DNA of 64,000 nucleotides from Gammaproteobacteria bacterium (GTDB taxonomy: Bacteria; Pseudomonadota; Gammaproteobacteria; Pseudomonadales; Azotimanducaceae): assembly GCA_016874135.1 (NCBI GenBank), contig VGVE01000006.1, forward strand, positions 1,085 to 65,084, in the 5' to 3' direction. How positions within the stretch are numbered: the first letter of the stretch is position 1; every line of letters starts with the position of its first letter. The translations under genes and the position numbers were made by a program. This document shows, piece by piece, positions 1 through 9,812 of the stretch. The notes below the pieces were generated by a model. It worked only from the letters and a program-made list of their open reading frames with translations. It was not told where the DNA came from and searched no databases.

Positions 1-448
1 TGGCATCTTCAGTGAAGGACGCCGCCCAGTTGGAGAATGGTTCCGGGGACGTGTTGATCAGAGCTCGCGAACCCGCCTTGGTGGCGTGGGTAGCTACGGT
101 TATGGTGCCGCCGATGATGCCTGTGGCGACCATCAATGCAGGATCGACTTCACCCACTGCACTGGCGGCCAGTACAGCCCCGGCCGGAATGCGAATGAAG
201 GTATGCAGGGCGTCCCAGAAAATGTCCACGCTAGGAATCTTGTCCATGAAAAACTGGACAACAAACATCAGCAGCGAGGCGCCGATGAACACTGGACCCT
301 GGACGACTTCGAGTGTGGACGGCAGGTTGACGTAGCCAAAACTTCCGGCCAGCCCGAGTGTACCCAGTACCGCATAGACGTTGATTCCACTTGCCCAGGC
401 CACACCGGCCGAGAGGGCAAGCGTTTGCAGGAGATCCTGTACTCCCAC
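1..448 (-). CDS. DUF4126-like integral membrane protein; its C-terminus runs off the window
   Basis: I translated the minus strand from the GTG at 446-448, which follows an in-frame TGA. The product reads VGVQDLLQTLALSAGVAWASGINVYAVLGTLGLAG...FFMDKIPSVDIFWDALHTF...HATKAGSRALINTSPEPFSNW. It is hydrophobic and resembles DUF4126 proteins as I remember them. It is missing from the ORF track because it has no stop inside the window. Confidence 0.55.
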   Translation of the reverse strand, partial: MGVQDLLQTLALSAGVAWASGINVYAVLGTLGLAGSFGYVNLPSTLEVVQGPVFIGASLLMFVVQFFMDKIPSVDIFWDALHTFIRIPAGAVLAASAVGEVDPALMVATGIIGGTITVATHATKAGSRALINTSPEPFSNWAASFTEDA

Positions 449-630
449 TCAATGCTCCGTTTGTCGCGGCAATGCAGTCGTTTCTGTGGTTGCCCGAATC
501 CGTTCCCGCGCTGAAGGTCCTGCGGTCGCCATGAACATCGCCTGAAGGCTCTGTTGTAGCCAGATGTGTAGCCGGATGTGGTCGGCGAAAACCGGGAGAC
601 ATTGTAAGGGCCGCGCCGTACACTGCGCGC

Positions 631-715
631 TGCCTAAGGGGTGGCCTTCACGGCCTGAGACGCGCAAGCGGACTCTTTGAACCTGATCCGGATGATACCG
701 GCGTAGGGATAGGTG
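631..715 (+). promoter_or_regulatory. TPP (THI-box) riboswitch aptamer in the leader of the TonB-dependent receptor gene
   Basis: The sequence ctaaGGGGTGgccttcacggcCTGAGAcgcgcaagcggactctttGAACCTGATCCGGATGATACCGGCGTAGGGAtagg matches the conserved THI-box core (GGGGUG...CUGAGA...ACCUGAUCYGGAUAAURCCRGCGUAGGGA), as in E. coli thiM. Downstream, tcgactcc (723-730) is a perfect complement of ggagtcga (748-755). That second segment contains the GGAG Shine-Dalgarno, 7 nt before the ATG at 759. Confidence 0.85.
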
Positions 716-758
716 ACGAGAGTCGACTCCTTGGGCCCCACACCACCGGAGTCGATAC

Positions 759-2822
759 ATGAAGTTCGCCCGACCCATCGCAGCGCTCGCACTCGTTCAG
801 CTCACTTGGGCTGCATCAATATTCGCTTCCACATCTGCGGACACCGCCGCTCCTATTGAAGAAATCATCATCCGTGCCGAGCTGCGGGATACCGGGCTCA
901 TGGATCTTGGCGCCAGCGTGTCGGTGCAAAGGCCGGATGCTCGCCGGGATGTGGTCGATCACCTGGAAGAAATGCTCGGGCGCATTGCCAACGTCAACTA
1001 TGCCAGTGGCTCTTCCCGTGCCCGCTATCTGCAGATCCGTGGCATTGGCGACACCAGCCAGTTTGCCGAACCCCTCAACGCATCCGTCGGGGTCATCGTC
1101 GATGGTGCCGATCTCTCGGGCATAGGCAGTGCAGCCACCACGTTCGATATCGATCAGGTCGAAGTGTTGCGCGGGCCGCAGGGCACGTTGTACGGGGCGA
1201 ATGCGCTGGCCGGCCTAATCAACGTGGTCAGCGCAGCGCCAACCGCAGAATGGTACAGCCGGGTAAACCTCGATGTGGGAAATGAAGGCGCGTGGGGCGT
1301 CGGTGGGGTTCTGTCCGGGCCGCTCTCGGATGCCTCAGGTATTCGGCTCGCGGTGCATCGTCATGGTGATGACGGCTATATGCGCAATGATTTCCTTGGG
1401 CGCGACGACACCAATCGCCGCGAAGAAACCACGGCGCGCGGCCGGTTGCAGTGGGTCGGGGAAGAAACCACGCTCGATCTTATCGGCACCTTCGCCGACG
1501 TGGACAACCGCTACGATGCGTTTTCTCTCGACAATGACCGTCGCACGTTGTCGGACCAACCGGGCGAGGATACCCAGGAGTCGGTAGCGGGCAGTGCCCG
1601 CCTGCTGCACACCTTCGATGACGGGCTGGATGTTGAGGCAGTAATCGCCCATGTGTCGTCCCAGATCGACTATGGCTACGACGAAGACTGGACTTTCGTC
1701 GGCTTTCACCCCGACGGGTACTCATCAAGAGATCATTACGCCCGCGACTGGGAGACGACGAGTTTTGATTTGCGTTTTCTCTCCAGAGCAGCCGATGCCC
1801 GCGTCGACTGGGTCTTCGGGCTCTACGGTTTGTCGCAGGAAGTCGAACTGATCCGCACCTATACCTTCCTACCCGGTCCTTACATCAGCACCTATTCAGT
1901 CGATCGATATGCGGCTTATGGTGAGCTGGCTTTTGATCTGGGCGAGCGGTGGCGACTGGTCGCGGGACTGCGGGGTGAGAGCCACAACTCGGAGTTTGCG
2001 GATTCCGAAGATGTCGGCTTCTCGCCCGGCGATGTGATGCTGGGCGGTCGGATGGTGCTCGAATACCGGACAGAGAGTGCACTGATCTATGCGGGCATCA
2101 ACCGGGGTTACAAGGCCGGTGGATTCAACACTTCGGGTACGTTGGATGCAGACCTTCGGAGATTCCAGCCCGAGGTGTTGTGGAACTATGAGGCGGGCAT
2201 CAAGGGCGATCTCTTCGATAACCAATTGCGATTGCGGCTCGCGCTCTTTCGCATGGAACGCAAGGATGTTCAGGTCAACACCTCCATCGTGCGGGTTCGT
2301 GCCGACGGTAGTGCTGAGTTCATCGACTTCACCGGCAATGCAGCGGAAGGATTCAATCAGGGTGTGGAGGCTGAGTTCGAGTGGCACGTGCACCCGTTGA
2401 TCACACTAGAAGGATCGGTCGGGCTGCTCGATACGGAGTACGACGATTTTGTGAACGGTGAAGGAGAGGAACTCGATGGCCGTAAACAGTCCCATGCACC
2501 TGGCTGGCAGTTTCATACCGGTGTTGAGTTCCGTCCGATCGACGGCTGGTTCTTCCGGCTCGATGCAGAGGGCAAGGATGAGTTTTACTTCTCCGACAGC
2601 CACGACGTGCAGTCTGACGACTACGTTCTTCTGCATGCCTCAGCCGGATACGAGACGGAACGTTGGCGGCTATCCATCTGGTCACGCAACCTCACGGATG
2701 AAGATGTATTCACTCGCGGTTTCTTTTTCGGCAATGATCCGCGCGAAGGATATACGGCGAAGGGATACACCCAGCTCGGTGAGCCGCGGCGTTATGGTGT
2801 ATCCGCGTCGTTGAGTTTCTGA
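759..2822 (+). CDS. TonB-dependent outer-membrane receptor, probably for thiamine or a thiamine precursor given the riboswitch
   Basis: 687-aa ORF with a signal peptide (ALALVQLTWAAS). It has a plug region (IEEIIIRAE, DQVEVLRGPQGTLYGANALAGLINVVS) and a beta-barrel ending in the typical ...YGVSASLSF terminal Phe. Confidence 0.9.
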   Translation: MKFARPIAALALVQLTWAASIFASTSADTAAPIEEIIIRAELRDTGLMDLGASVSVQRPDARRDVVDHLEEMLGRIANVNYASGSSRARYLQIRGIGDTSQFAEPLNASVGVIVDGADLSGIGSAATTFDIDQVEVLRGPQGTLYGANALAGLINVVSAAPTAEWYSRVNLDVGNEGAWGVGGVLSGPLSDASGIRLAVHRHGDDGYMRNDFLGRDDTNRREETTARGRLQWVGEETTLDLIGTFADVDNRYDAFSLDNDRRTLSDQPGEDTQESVAGSARLLHTFDDGLDVEAVIAHVSSQIDYGYDEDWTFVGFHPDGYSSRDHYARDWETTSFDLRFLSRAADARVDWVFGLYGLSQEVELIRTYTFLPGPYISTYSVDRYAAYGELAFDLGERWRLVAGLRGESHNSEFADSEDVGFSPGDVMLGGRMVLEYRTESALIYAGINRGYKAGGFNTSGTLDADLRRFQPEVLWNYEAGIKGDLFDNQLRLRLALFRMERKDVQVNTSIVRVRADGSAEFIDFTGNAAEGFNQGVEAEFEWHVHPLITLEGSVGLLDTEYDDFVNGEGEELDGRKQSHAPGWQFHTGVEFRPIDGWFFRLDAEGKDEFYFSDSHDVQSDDYVLLHASAGYETERWRLSIWSRNLTDEDVFTRGFFFGNDPREGYTAKGYTQLGEPRRYGVSASLSF

Positions 2823-2830
2823 GTGTTTAT

Positions 2831-3577
2831 TCAGCCGGGGCCGGAGACGGGGAAGATTCCGGCGCCGCGGCGGGCACCTTTACCAGACTCTTTGGCGATC
2901 AGGTGATCGACCACATCCAGTGCAATCTTTCGCGGCACATCGGATTTGATTACGTATTTCCCGGCGACCACGATGGTGGGTACCGCCTGCACTTCGTGGC
3001 GCGACTGCATCCGCTCCATCTGGCCAGCGAACCTGCGCACCGTAGAGGAGTTGAACGCACGGGTGAAATCATCACGGGTGGTTCCCTTGCCGTCGACGAA
3101 GTCGGCAAGTTCTTCCACGGAGAGAAACTGTTTGCCCTGGTCGTGAATTGCCTTGAAGAGACGTGAGTGGTTCTCCTTGAGTGCACCAAGGTCTTCCAGC
3201 GTGAAGTAGGTTTGCCCGAGGAGTGCCCACTGCGGGCTGAAGGACACGGGCTGGCGACGAAAACTCACGTTTTCCGGGAGGTCCTCCTGCCAGTCCTCGA
3301 TCTGTGGGTCGAGGTTGTAACAGTGGACGCAGCCGTAGGAAAAAAACTCGACCACCTCGATGGTTTGTGAGGTTTCTCCAGCCACTGGATCCTTCAGCAG
3401 AACGTAATGTTCGCCCTCGCTGAATTCACCTTCGGTCAAACCGGTGGTGTAGAGAGTGGCATAGATCAAAAGGGCAACGCCGATCACAGCTAAAAAGGCG
3501 ATAACGCCGATCTGGATCTTGCGAATTCTTGGCGGCACGGTCTCGTTCTTTTGCGTGTTCTTCGTTTTATTGCTCAT
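2831..3577 (-). CDS. DsbA-family thiol:disulfide oxidoreductase with an N-terminal membrane anchor
   Basis: 248 aa. Hydrophobic anchor IGVIAFLAVIGVALLIYATLY, then thioredoxin-fold motif FFSYGCVHCYNLDP (CxxC) and VPTIVVAGKY (cis-Pro loop). Confidence 0.8.
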   Translation of the reverse strand: MSNKTKNTQKNETVPPRIRKIQIGVIAFLAVIGVALLIYATLYTTGLTEGEFSEGEHYVLLKDPVAGETSQTIEVVEFFSYGCVHCYNLDPQIEDWQEDLPENVSFRRQPVSFSPQWALLGQTYFTLEDLGALKENHSRLFKAIHDQGKQFLSVEELADFVDGKGTTRDDFTRAFNSSTVRRFAGQMERMQSRHEVQAVPTIVVAGKYVIKSDVPRKIALDVVDHLIAKESGKGARRGAGIFPVSGPG

Positions 3578-3664
3578 GGACAGCTCAGGTGGCGGATGCT
3601 GGTGTAGGCAGGTTCAGCGGAACTTTTTAGGCTGCAATTGGGATGTCGCCGGTATACTTCCCGC

Positions 3665-3916
3665 ATGAGCGAAACATATCAACTCTACAAATTCGACAGT
3701 TGCCCATTTTGCCGGCGGGTCATGGGGTTCCTCCAAGGTACGGATATCCCGGTGGTCATGCGCGATATCCACCGTGAGCCGGGCGCCATGCAGGAACTGC
3801 TGCGAGGCGGCGGGCGTACCATGGTGCCCTGCCTTCGCATCGACCGGGCAAGCGGGACCGAGTGGATGTATGAATCTCTCGATATCATCGCCTACCTGAA
3901 AGCCGCGCACGCATGA
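3665..3916 (+). CDS. Glutaredoxin-like small redox protein
   Basis: Reads MSETYQLYKFDSCPFCRRV (CPFC active site) ...TMVPCLRID. I chose the ATG at 3665 rather than the upstream start at 3638 in the ORF track. Confidence 0.7.
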   Translation: MSETYQLYKFDSCPFCRRVMGFLQGTDIPVVMRDIHREPGAMQELLRGGGRTMVPCLRIDRASGTEWMYESLDIIAYLKAAHA

Positions 3917-3944
3917 CGTTGCGGGCACTCGACACCCGGACAAC

Positions 3945-4358
3945 TCAACAGACGATGTCGGCACCGGAATTGAGCACGTAACCCGCGGGTGTTTTCGAGA
4001 CGTTGCCACGCAGCAACACTTCCTTACCGTGGCAGGCGGTAATTCGACTACGGTCCGCATCCACGGGAAACGCCACCGGCATCGCGAATCGCTCACCCCT
4101 GCGCGTGGCGTGATCAGCGTGGAAGTAGAGTGTTGCGCCCGCACCTGCGGGGTCCACTATCAGATGGCCGTAACTCGTCACTGACTTGTTCACATACAGG
4201 CTGCCGAACATCACCAGATCGATCACAGAAACCCGACCATCAGCTGGCGGGATGTAACCCACGGCGCAGGCGCCGAGTTGCACCATTACCGCAAGCAGCC
4301 CCAGGCGTTTCAGGATTGTTCTGTGCACTCGCAAATCCATGTTCTGTGCGCGTGTCAT
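3945..4358 (-). CDS. Hypothetical protein, probably a lipoprotein
   Basis: 137-aa ORF. N-terminus LKRLGLLAVMVQLGACAV resembles a lipobox signal peptide. I recognise no family. Confidence 0.45.
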   Translation of the reverse strand: MTRAQNMDLRVHRTILKRLGLLAVMVQLGACAVGYIPPADGRVSVIDLVMFGSLYVNKSVTSYGHLIVDPAGAGATLYFHADHATRRGERFAMPVAFPVDADRSRITACHGKEVLLRGNVSKTPAGYVLNSGADIVC

Positions 4359-4500
4359 GGGTATTCATATCCTCTGAGGGTTGGAAAAGTCGGGCACCGA
4401 TTGCACACCGCCGACTGATGAGGTGCAAGGCGATTCAACGCTTCAGTAGGAAACGGAGATCCTCTCCCGGCCAGACAGACATCCCGTCCGCCGCAAAAGT

Positions 4501-4992
4501 CTATGCGTCCGTAGCCTGGTCCGGCTGATAACGGAAACGTTCTGTCTCGATGAAGCCGAGGCGCTGCAACAGTGAACGTGAAGCCAGGGTCTCTTCATAT
4601 GTTGTGGCTTCGATGGCAGGAATGTCTGTAGTTGAAAAGGTGTGGTCGATGAGTGCACGGGCCCCTTCAAGACCAAGACCAATACCCCAGGCATGCGGGC
4701 TCAGCCGCGCACCGAATCTCGGCAGTTCCCGCGGAGGAACGGGGGGGAAGATGCCAAACCACCCAATGAACGCTGCTGTATCCCGAAGTTGCGCGATGTG
4801 AACGCCGATGCGGGGCGGACGCTCTGCGGCAACGAGCAGCCGCGGCAGGATCTGATCCTGCATCTCAATACGGCTGACTGGTGTACCGCCGTTGAGCCAG
4901 CGCATGACCTGGCGGTCATTGTCGAGCGCCAGAAGTTGCTCGATGTCCTCCGTCCGAAGCGGCCGCAGACACAGCCGCTGCGTGGTGATCAC
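4501..4992 (-). CDS. GNAT-family N-acetyltransferase (RimJ/RimL-like)
   Basis: 163 aa. MITTQRLCLRPLRTEDIEQLLALDND... is a typical RimL-type N-terminus. Has the GIGLGLEGARALIDH acetyl-CoA loop. Overlaps the upstream MFS gene by 4 nt. Confidence 0.75.
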   Translation of the reverse strand: MITTQRLCLRPLRTEDIEQLLALDNDRQVMRWLNGGTPVSRIEMQDQILPRLLVAAERPPRIGVHIAQLRDTAAFIGWFGIFPPVPPRELPRFGARLSPHAWGIGLGLEGARALIDHTFSTTDIPAIEATTYEETLASRSLLQRLGFIETERFRYQPDQATDA

Positions 4993-6398
4993 GCGGTATC
5001 CTCATGAGCGACGGCCTGCTCTTCCCGTACTGCAAAAAGCATCACGAACCCGATTGTGAGCAGGATGATGAGTGAGGAGTATCCCGCGCGCTGGCTGTCG
5101 AAGTAGCGTGTGAACGTGCCGACGAGAAACGGCGCGAGAAAGGCGGTCGCCGTGCCGGAGAGGGCATACAGACCAAAAAACTGCGTCATCATCGTCGGCG
5201 GCGCGATGCGGGCCATCATGGTGCGGGAAGCTGCAAATCCGACCGTAATGAACATGGCGAAGAACTGGTTGTTGATGAAGAACACCAGTTCAGGAAGGGT
5301 GGCGAAGTACGGTGAATTCCAGACTGGGCCGGTAGTTTCGAGTGGAATGAACAGAATGGAATCCGGCTGAATGGTGACGGCGAAAGCGAGCAGACCGGCT
5401 GTACCACCGATGGCGAGCAGCAGTGCCTTGCGAGACCCGAGTCGATCATCCACATAACCACCGAGCACGGCCCCGATGGCGGCAGAGAATGAAGAAATGA
5501 TGCAGAAGAGCAGCATCGTTGTAGTATCCCAGTCGAACGTGCCAGCCGCATAGACACCGCCGAAGATCAGTACGCCGACCATGCCATCGTTGAAGAGCAT
5601 GCGGGAAAGCAGGTACAGCGCGACGTTCCTGTAGTGGCTGAGTCGGCGCAGTGTTGCCACCCCCGCCGTCAGCCCTTCTCTCACCGCCTCGCGTACGGAG
5701 TTGCTCGAATCGCGGCCATCCGGCGTGAAGAGGAGGAGTGGCAAGGTGAAGAGCAACATCCACACTGCGGCCAGTGGTGCAACGATGCGGTCATCTTCCG
5801 ACGTGGACTGGTCGATGCCGAAGAGTGGCTGGTCAGGGATGAAGCTGAAGTCGGTGTGGCCCGGCCAGGCGAAGGCATAGAGGACAAACACCATCAGCAG
5901 AAGACCGGCGATGTTGCCGTAGGCGAGGGCATAACCGGAGATCGCACCGACCTTCGTCACCGGCGCCACGCTCGGCAACATGGCGTTGTGAAATACCGCG
6001 GAATATTCAAATGCGATGCTGACGATCACCATCAGTATCAACGTGGTGGTGACACCGATACCCGCACCACCCGGCAGTGACCAGCCGAGCAGGAATGCAC
6101 ACGGCACCATGATGCCGACGAAGGTTGCGATCCACGGTTTGCGCCGCCCTCGCCGATCGGCGATGGCCCCGAGGAACGGAGCCGTGATCGCGATGATGAA
6201 ACCCGACACCGTATTGGTGAAGCCGAGCATGCTCTGGCCTTCAACCGGATTCCCAGCGACCGTGGTGGTGAAGTAGGGCGCGAAAATATAGATCGTCACG
6301 AGAATGACGTAGGGGTTACGCGCCCATTCGAACAGGGCCCAGCTGTGATAGCCCAGTGGACCCGCAGCACGGGTGCCCGTCAGCGATACGGCATGCAT
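4989..6398 (-). CDS. MFS transporter, UMF1/Atg22-like family
   Basis: The ORF is polytopic and hydrophobic throughout. ...YHSWALFEWARNPYVILVTIYIFAPYF... is characteristic of UMF1-type MFS proteins. I moved the start to the ATG at 6396-6398 (MHAVSLTG) because the upstream 65 codons are Arg/Pro-rich and not protein-like. Confidence 0.7.
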   Translation of the reverse strand: MHAVSLTGTRAAGPLGYHSWALFEWARNPYVILVTIYIFAPYFTTTVAGNPVEGQSMLGFTNTVSGFIIAITAPFLGAIADRRGRRKPWIATFVGIMVPCAFLLGWSLPGGAGIGVTTTLILMVIVSIAFEYSAVFHNAMLPSVAPVTKVGAISGYALAYGNIAGLLLMVFVLYAFAWPGHTDFSFIPDQPLFGIDQSTSEDDRIVAPLAAVWMLLFTLPLLLFTPDGRDSSNSVREAVREGLTAGVATLRRLSHYRNVALYLLSRMLFNDGMVGVLIFGGVYAAGTFDWDTTTMLLFCIISSFSAAIGAVLGGYVDDRLGSRKALLLAIGGTAGLLAFAVTIQPDSILFIPLETTGPVWNSPYFATLPELVFFINNQFFAMFITVGFAASRTMMARIAPPTMMTQFFGLYALSGTATAFLAPFLVGTFTRYFDSQRAGYSSLIILLTIGFVMLFAVREEQAVAHEDTA

Positions 6399-7141
6399 GG
6401 TGTGAGCGGGCGTTCCTGAGGACCAGCGTGGGATTGTGCGGGCAATTGGCCTGAGGAGATAGGGGAGGTGCGGTACCACCGATTCGCGCAACGCAATTGG
6501 AGGCCCAAATAGAAAAAGTTGGCGATATGATTCGGGTCCGGCCTGCTTCTCTTGTCGTCGAGGGACGGTCGTGGAGGGATACACACCATGCAATCAACGG
6601 CGCGAGTGGTTTTTGGATTGGCTCTGCTTGTTTGCCGCTTTGCCGCGGGGGTGTTCTGGTCGAAGTCACGATCTGAAACAAACAACCACCCGGAAGATTA
6701 CCCGCGTGGTCTTGCCGACGATCTTGTCATCGAGGGAACACCAGAGATCCTCCCCGGTTCGGAAGAGGCTGTTGCTGCAACTGCTACCGGGGTCGCCTCC
6801 GTAAAGTCGTTGCTCAAACCGCGTCGATCCGAAGTGAGTTCGACCAATCCGCGGCGCTGTATGCGCCCGCTGCACCGATGGACGCGGAAGATATCCGCGA
6901 GTTGCTCGAGCGTGCGGATCAGATCTTGTCCGGTAATGACCTGGTCGGTGCCACCACGATCCTCATCGGTCGTTACGCAGAACTCGATTTCCCGGCCGCC
7001 CCGGCTCACGCGCGTACGCGAGGAGGGCTGACTCAGCCGCCTTGGATACAAGCAATTTACTAAGCACGTGCGCGTCTCGACGCGGAGGATGCTGTAGCAG
7101 AGGCAGTAGAGTTACCACAATCGCTGCGGTAGCTCGCCGGC

Positions 7142-8224
7142 GTGGCGATTCTTGGGGCGATCAACGACCTTTCGTCCGACAAGCGTCAGTCGATCGCGCA
7201 AGATCTCGGCCTGCCGGGTCAGTTCGTGGTGTCGTCTGCCGGACGTGATCCTGAAGGTGTCTGGCGCGAGGCAACTGCCATCAGCAATCCGAACCAGCGA
7301 GTGCAGACACAGATGGGTGTCGCCGTGAGTTGGGCGCAGAGTGACCCAATGGCTGCACTGTGGGCAGCGCAGGAAAGCAGAAACGAGCAGATGCGCCTGT
7401 TCGTGCAAATGCAGATCCTCCAGTCGATGCTAGCCGGGGATGGCATGGCTCAGCTCGTCTGGGTTGAATCACAACCCGAGGGCCAGTGTCGTGACCAGCT
7501 GATGTCGGCGTTGGTCCGGCGCCTGGCAGAGCAGGATCCGGAGCGCGCGCAGAGCCTGATTGCAAGACTGCCAGAGACACACCGGGATCAGGTTGAGCTG
7601 TCGCTGTGGAACCAGCGAGCCGCAGAAGATCCTGAAGGCGCCACCGCCTGGGTATCAGCCCGGAACGACGGCGGGATGCGGGAAGTGCATCAGATGATGG
7701 CCATGCTGAGCACGGCTCCTCCGGAGATTGCGGAACGATTGTTTCAGGCCCTGTTAACGACGGCGCGCGCGCAAGTTGAAACTACCTATGTGCAGCTGCT
7801 TGCACGAACCGACCCGGACCGTGCTGCCAAACGCGTAGACCAGATCACTGAACCTGATCGCCGTCTGGCTGCAGCCCAATCACTGGTTTCAGGCTGGTCT
7901 GAACAGGATCCACAGGCTGCTCGACGCTGGATAGAGCAACAACCCGGCGACTCCACTCCGATGCTCTGGCAGATACTGGCCATGTCCTGGGGAAGGACCG
8001 ATCCAGCAGCGACTCGCAACGTTGCCGATTCGATGGATGCTGGGTGCAACCGCGACCTGTTCGTCCTTGGCATGATCGCTTCGACTGCTTCCGATGCTGA
8101 AGAAGCCACCGCCTTGATTGATCGTATTGGCGACGCGAAGCTGCGCGAACAAGCACTCAAAACACAAGATCAACTGAAAACGGCAATGGAAGGGATGTAC
8201 GTGATCGATTCTGGTGTTCGTTGA
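7142..8224 (+). CDS. Alpha-helical repeat protein (about seven DPxxAxxW-type repeats), probably the 3' part of an interrupted longer gene
   Basis: 360-aa ORF with recurring SDPMAALWAAQ, QDPERAQSLIARLP, EDPEGATAWVSAR, TDPDRAAKRVDQI, QDPQAARRWIEQQP and TDPAATRNVADSM. The same frame stays protein-like upstream across a TAG (7130-7132) and a TAA (7061-7063). See findings. Confidence 0.6.
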   Translation: MAILGAINDLSSDKRQSIAQDLGLPGQFVVSSAGRDPEGVWREATAISNPNQRVQTQMGVAVSWAQSDPMAALWAAQESRNEQMRLFVQMQILQSMLAGDGMAQLVWVESQPEGQCRDQLMSALVRRLAEQDPERAQSLIARLPETHRDQVELSLWNQRAAEDPEGATAWVSARNDGGMREVHQMMAMLSTAPPEIAERLFQALLTTARAQVETTYVQLLARTDPDRAAKRVDQITEPDRRLAAAQSLVSGWSEQDPQAARRWIEQQPGDSTPMLWQILAMSWGRTDPAATRNVADSMDAGCNRDLFVLGMIASTASDAEEATALIDRIGDAKLREQALKTQDQLKTAMEGMYVIDSGVR

Positions 8225-8318
8225 TTGGGCACCCGCAGTCACCCTATGACGAAGAGCAGGTCGCTCCGCCAACGCTGGTGTTAAGCTGTGGACATTCGCT
8301 GGGGAAAACGAAAACTCC

Positions 8319-9767
8319 ATGTCAGAGCCACTCCAGCCGGGAAACGTCGGGCTTGTGAAAGACCGATCCGCGTCGGAAATCCTGCACACAGCGCTTCATG
8401 AAGGCGTTCGCGCAACGGGTCTCGCAGCCGCGGAACTCGGGCTGCCGGTAGAGCCAGCAGAATTCCGCAAGACCTATGCCGAGGTATTGCCGCACTTCGA
8501 AGCTGCACGCTTGTCGCATCACAACAGACACCTCATTGCCAACCACATCGTGGCGGCGCTGCAGAATCAGATTGTCTGGCAGGAGGCCGGTAGCAAAGTG
8601 CCGATCGCAGCAGCGCTTGAAGTGCAGGCAGAGCCTCTACCGGTAGAAATGCACTCAAGGGGGAAAGCCGGTGTGTGGCAGCCGCGGTTGCACTATGGCG
8701 GAAAAGAGTGGTCTGGAGCGACGCTGGATGTGCTCGGCAGGCTCCTCGTGGAGCGCGAGGTCATCAGCGCTGCTGCCGGTGAGGCCCTTGTATATGTGAA
8801 GAACCACATGCTCGATCGCGGCAGCCTCAGTCTGCGTGGTCGCCGCATTGCCATGCTGGGTGCCGGCGCCGAGATGGCACCGACACGCCACTGGCTCGAA
8901 GCCGGAGCCGATGTGCTGTGGTTGGATGCCGCAGAACCACCTGAGAGCCTGCGAACGGCAAGCGGAGTTTCCGGACGATTGTTCGTGCCTGAGAGGCCGG
9001 CGAATCTGCTCAGCCGACCTGCCGAAGTTCTTGCCACACTCAAAGCCTGGAGTAATGGGGAACCGCTGGATCTCGGGCTATACGCCTATGCACCCGGGCA
9101 AGCGCGCGAGATGCGCCTTACCGGAGTCATGAACGCGCTTGTGGATGTCATGCCGAGGGAACTCATCCGGACGGTGACACTGCTGGTATCACCGACGACG
9201 CCGACTGCACTCACCGCGGAGGAAGTTTCGGCGATGCAGATAAGGCTGCGCACCCGTCCGGTTTGGCAGAAGCTGCTTGCGTTCAGCGGTGTGTTATCGC
9301 GTGCGCAGGGATGTGCGCAGCGGGGTGATGTCGCGGTCAGTAGCACCGTTGTCGACATCCAGGGCGCGAGTTACCAGGCCGCCCAGTATGTCGGCAAGGT
9401 TCTTACGGCGGAATGCTGGTACCGCCGGTCCCTTGAAGCGAATCCTGCCCGGGAAGGATTCAGGGTGTCGGCGAATAGTGCAGCCGTGACGCGCACGCGT
9501 TCGCTTGAACACCCTGTTTTTGCAGCTGCCTTCATTGGCACTTCGGCGTTTGCTGTCGAAACCCTCGAGCCCGAACAGTCACGGGCGCTCAACGGCCTGC
9601 TCGCGGTACATGACTGGCTGCACCCCGATGTGCCGGTGCCAGGTAAAATTCGCGTACACGGTGGCGCACACGTATTGCCGTACCCGCTGAAGTCGGCGCT
9701 CATGGTTGCCGCAGCGATCGGATTTGCGCGATCACCCAGGCTCCTCGCAGGATTGTTGAAGGGTTAG
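8319..9767 (+). CDS. Hypothetical protein with a central Rossmann-like dinucleotide-binding motif
   Basis: 482 aa. RRIAMLGAGAEMAPTRHWLEAGADVLWLD fits GxGxxxA followed by an acidic residue at the end of beta2. I cannot name a family. It is the first gene of a co-directional run ending at 14154. Confidence 0.6.
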   Translation: MSEPLQPGNVGLVKDRSASEILHTALHEGVRATGLAAAELGLPVEPAEFRKTYAEVLPHFEAARLSHHNRHLIANHIVAALQNQIVWQEAGSKVPIAAALEVQAEPLPVEMHSRGKAGVWQPRLHYGGKEWSGATLDVLGRLLVEREVISAAAGEALVYVKNHMLDRGSLSLRGRRIAMLGAGAEMAPTRHWLEAGADVLWLDAAEPPESLRTASGVSGRLFVPERPANLLSRPAEVLATLKAWSNGEPLDLGLYAYAPGQAREMRLTGVMNALVDVMPRELIRTVTLLVSPTTPTALTAEEVSAMQIRLRTRPVWQKLLAFSGVLSRAQGCAQRGDVAVSSTVVDIQGASYQAAQYVGKVLTAECWYRRSLEANPAREGFRVSANSAAVTRTRSLEHPVFAAAFIGTSAFAVETLEPEQSRALNGLLAVHDWLHPDVPVPGKIRVHGGAHVLPYPLKSALMVAAAIGFARSPRLLAGLLKG

Positions 9768-9812
9768 CATCGATACCCACTGCAGGAATTCCAGAAACCA
9801 AACCGGAACAAG

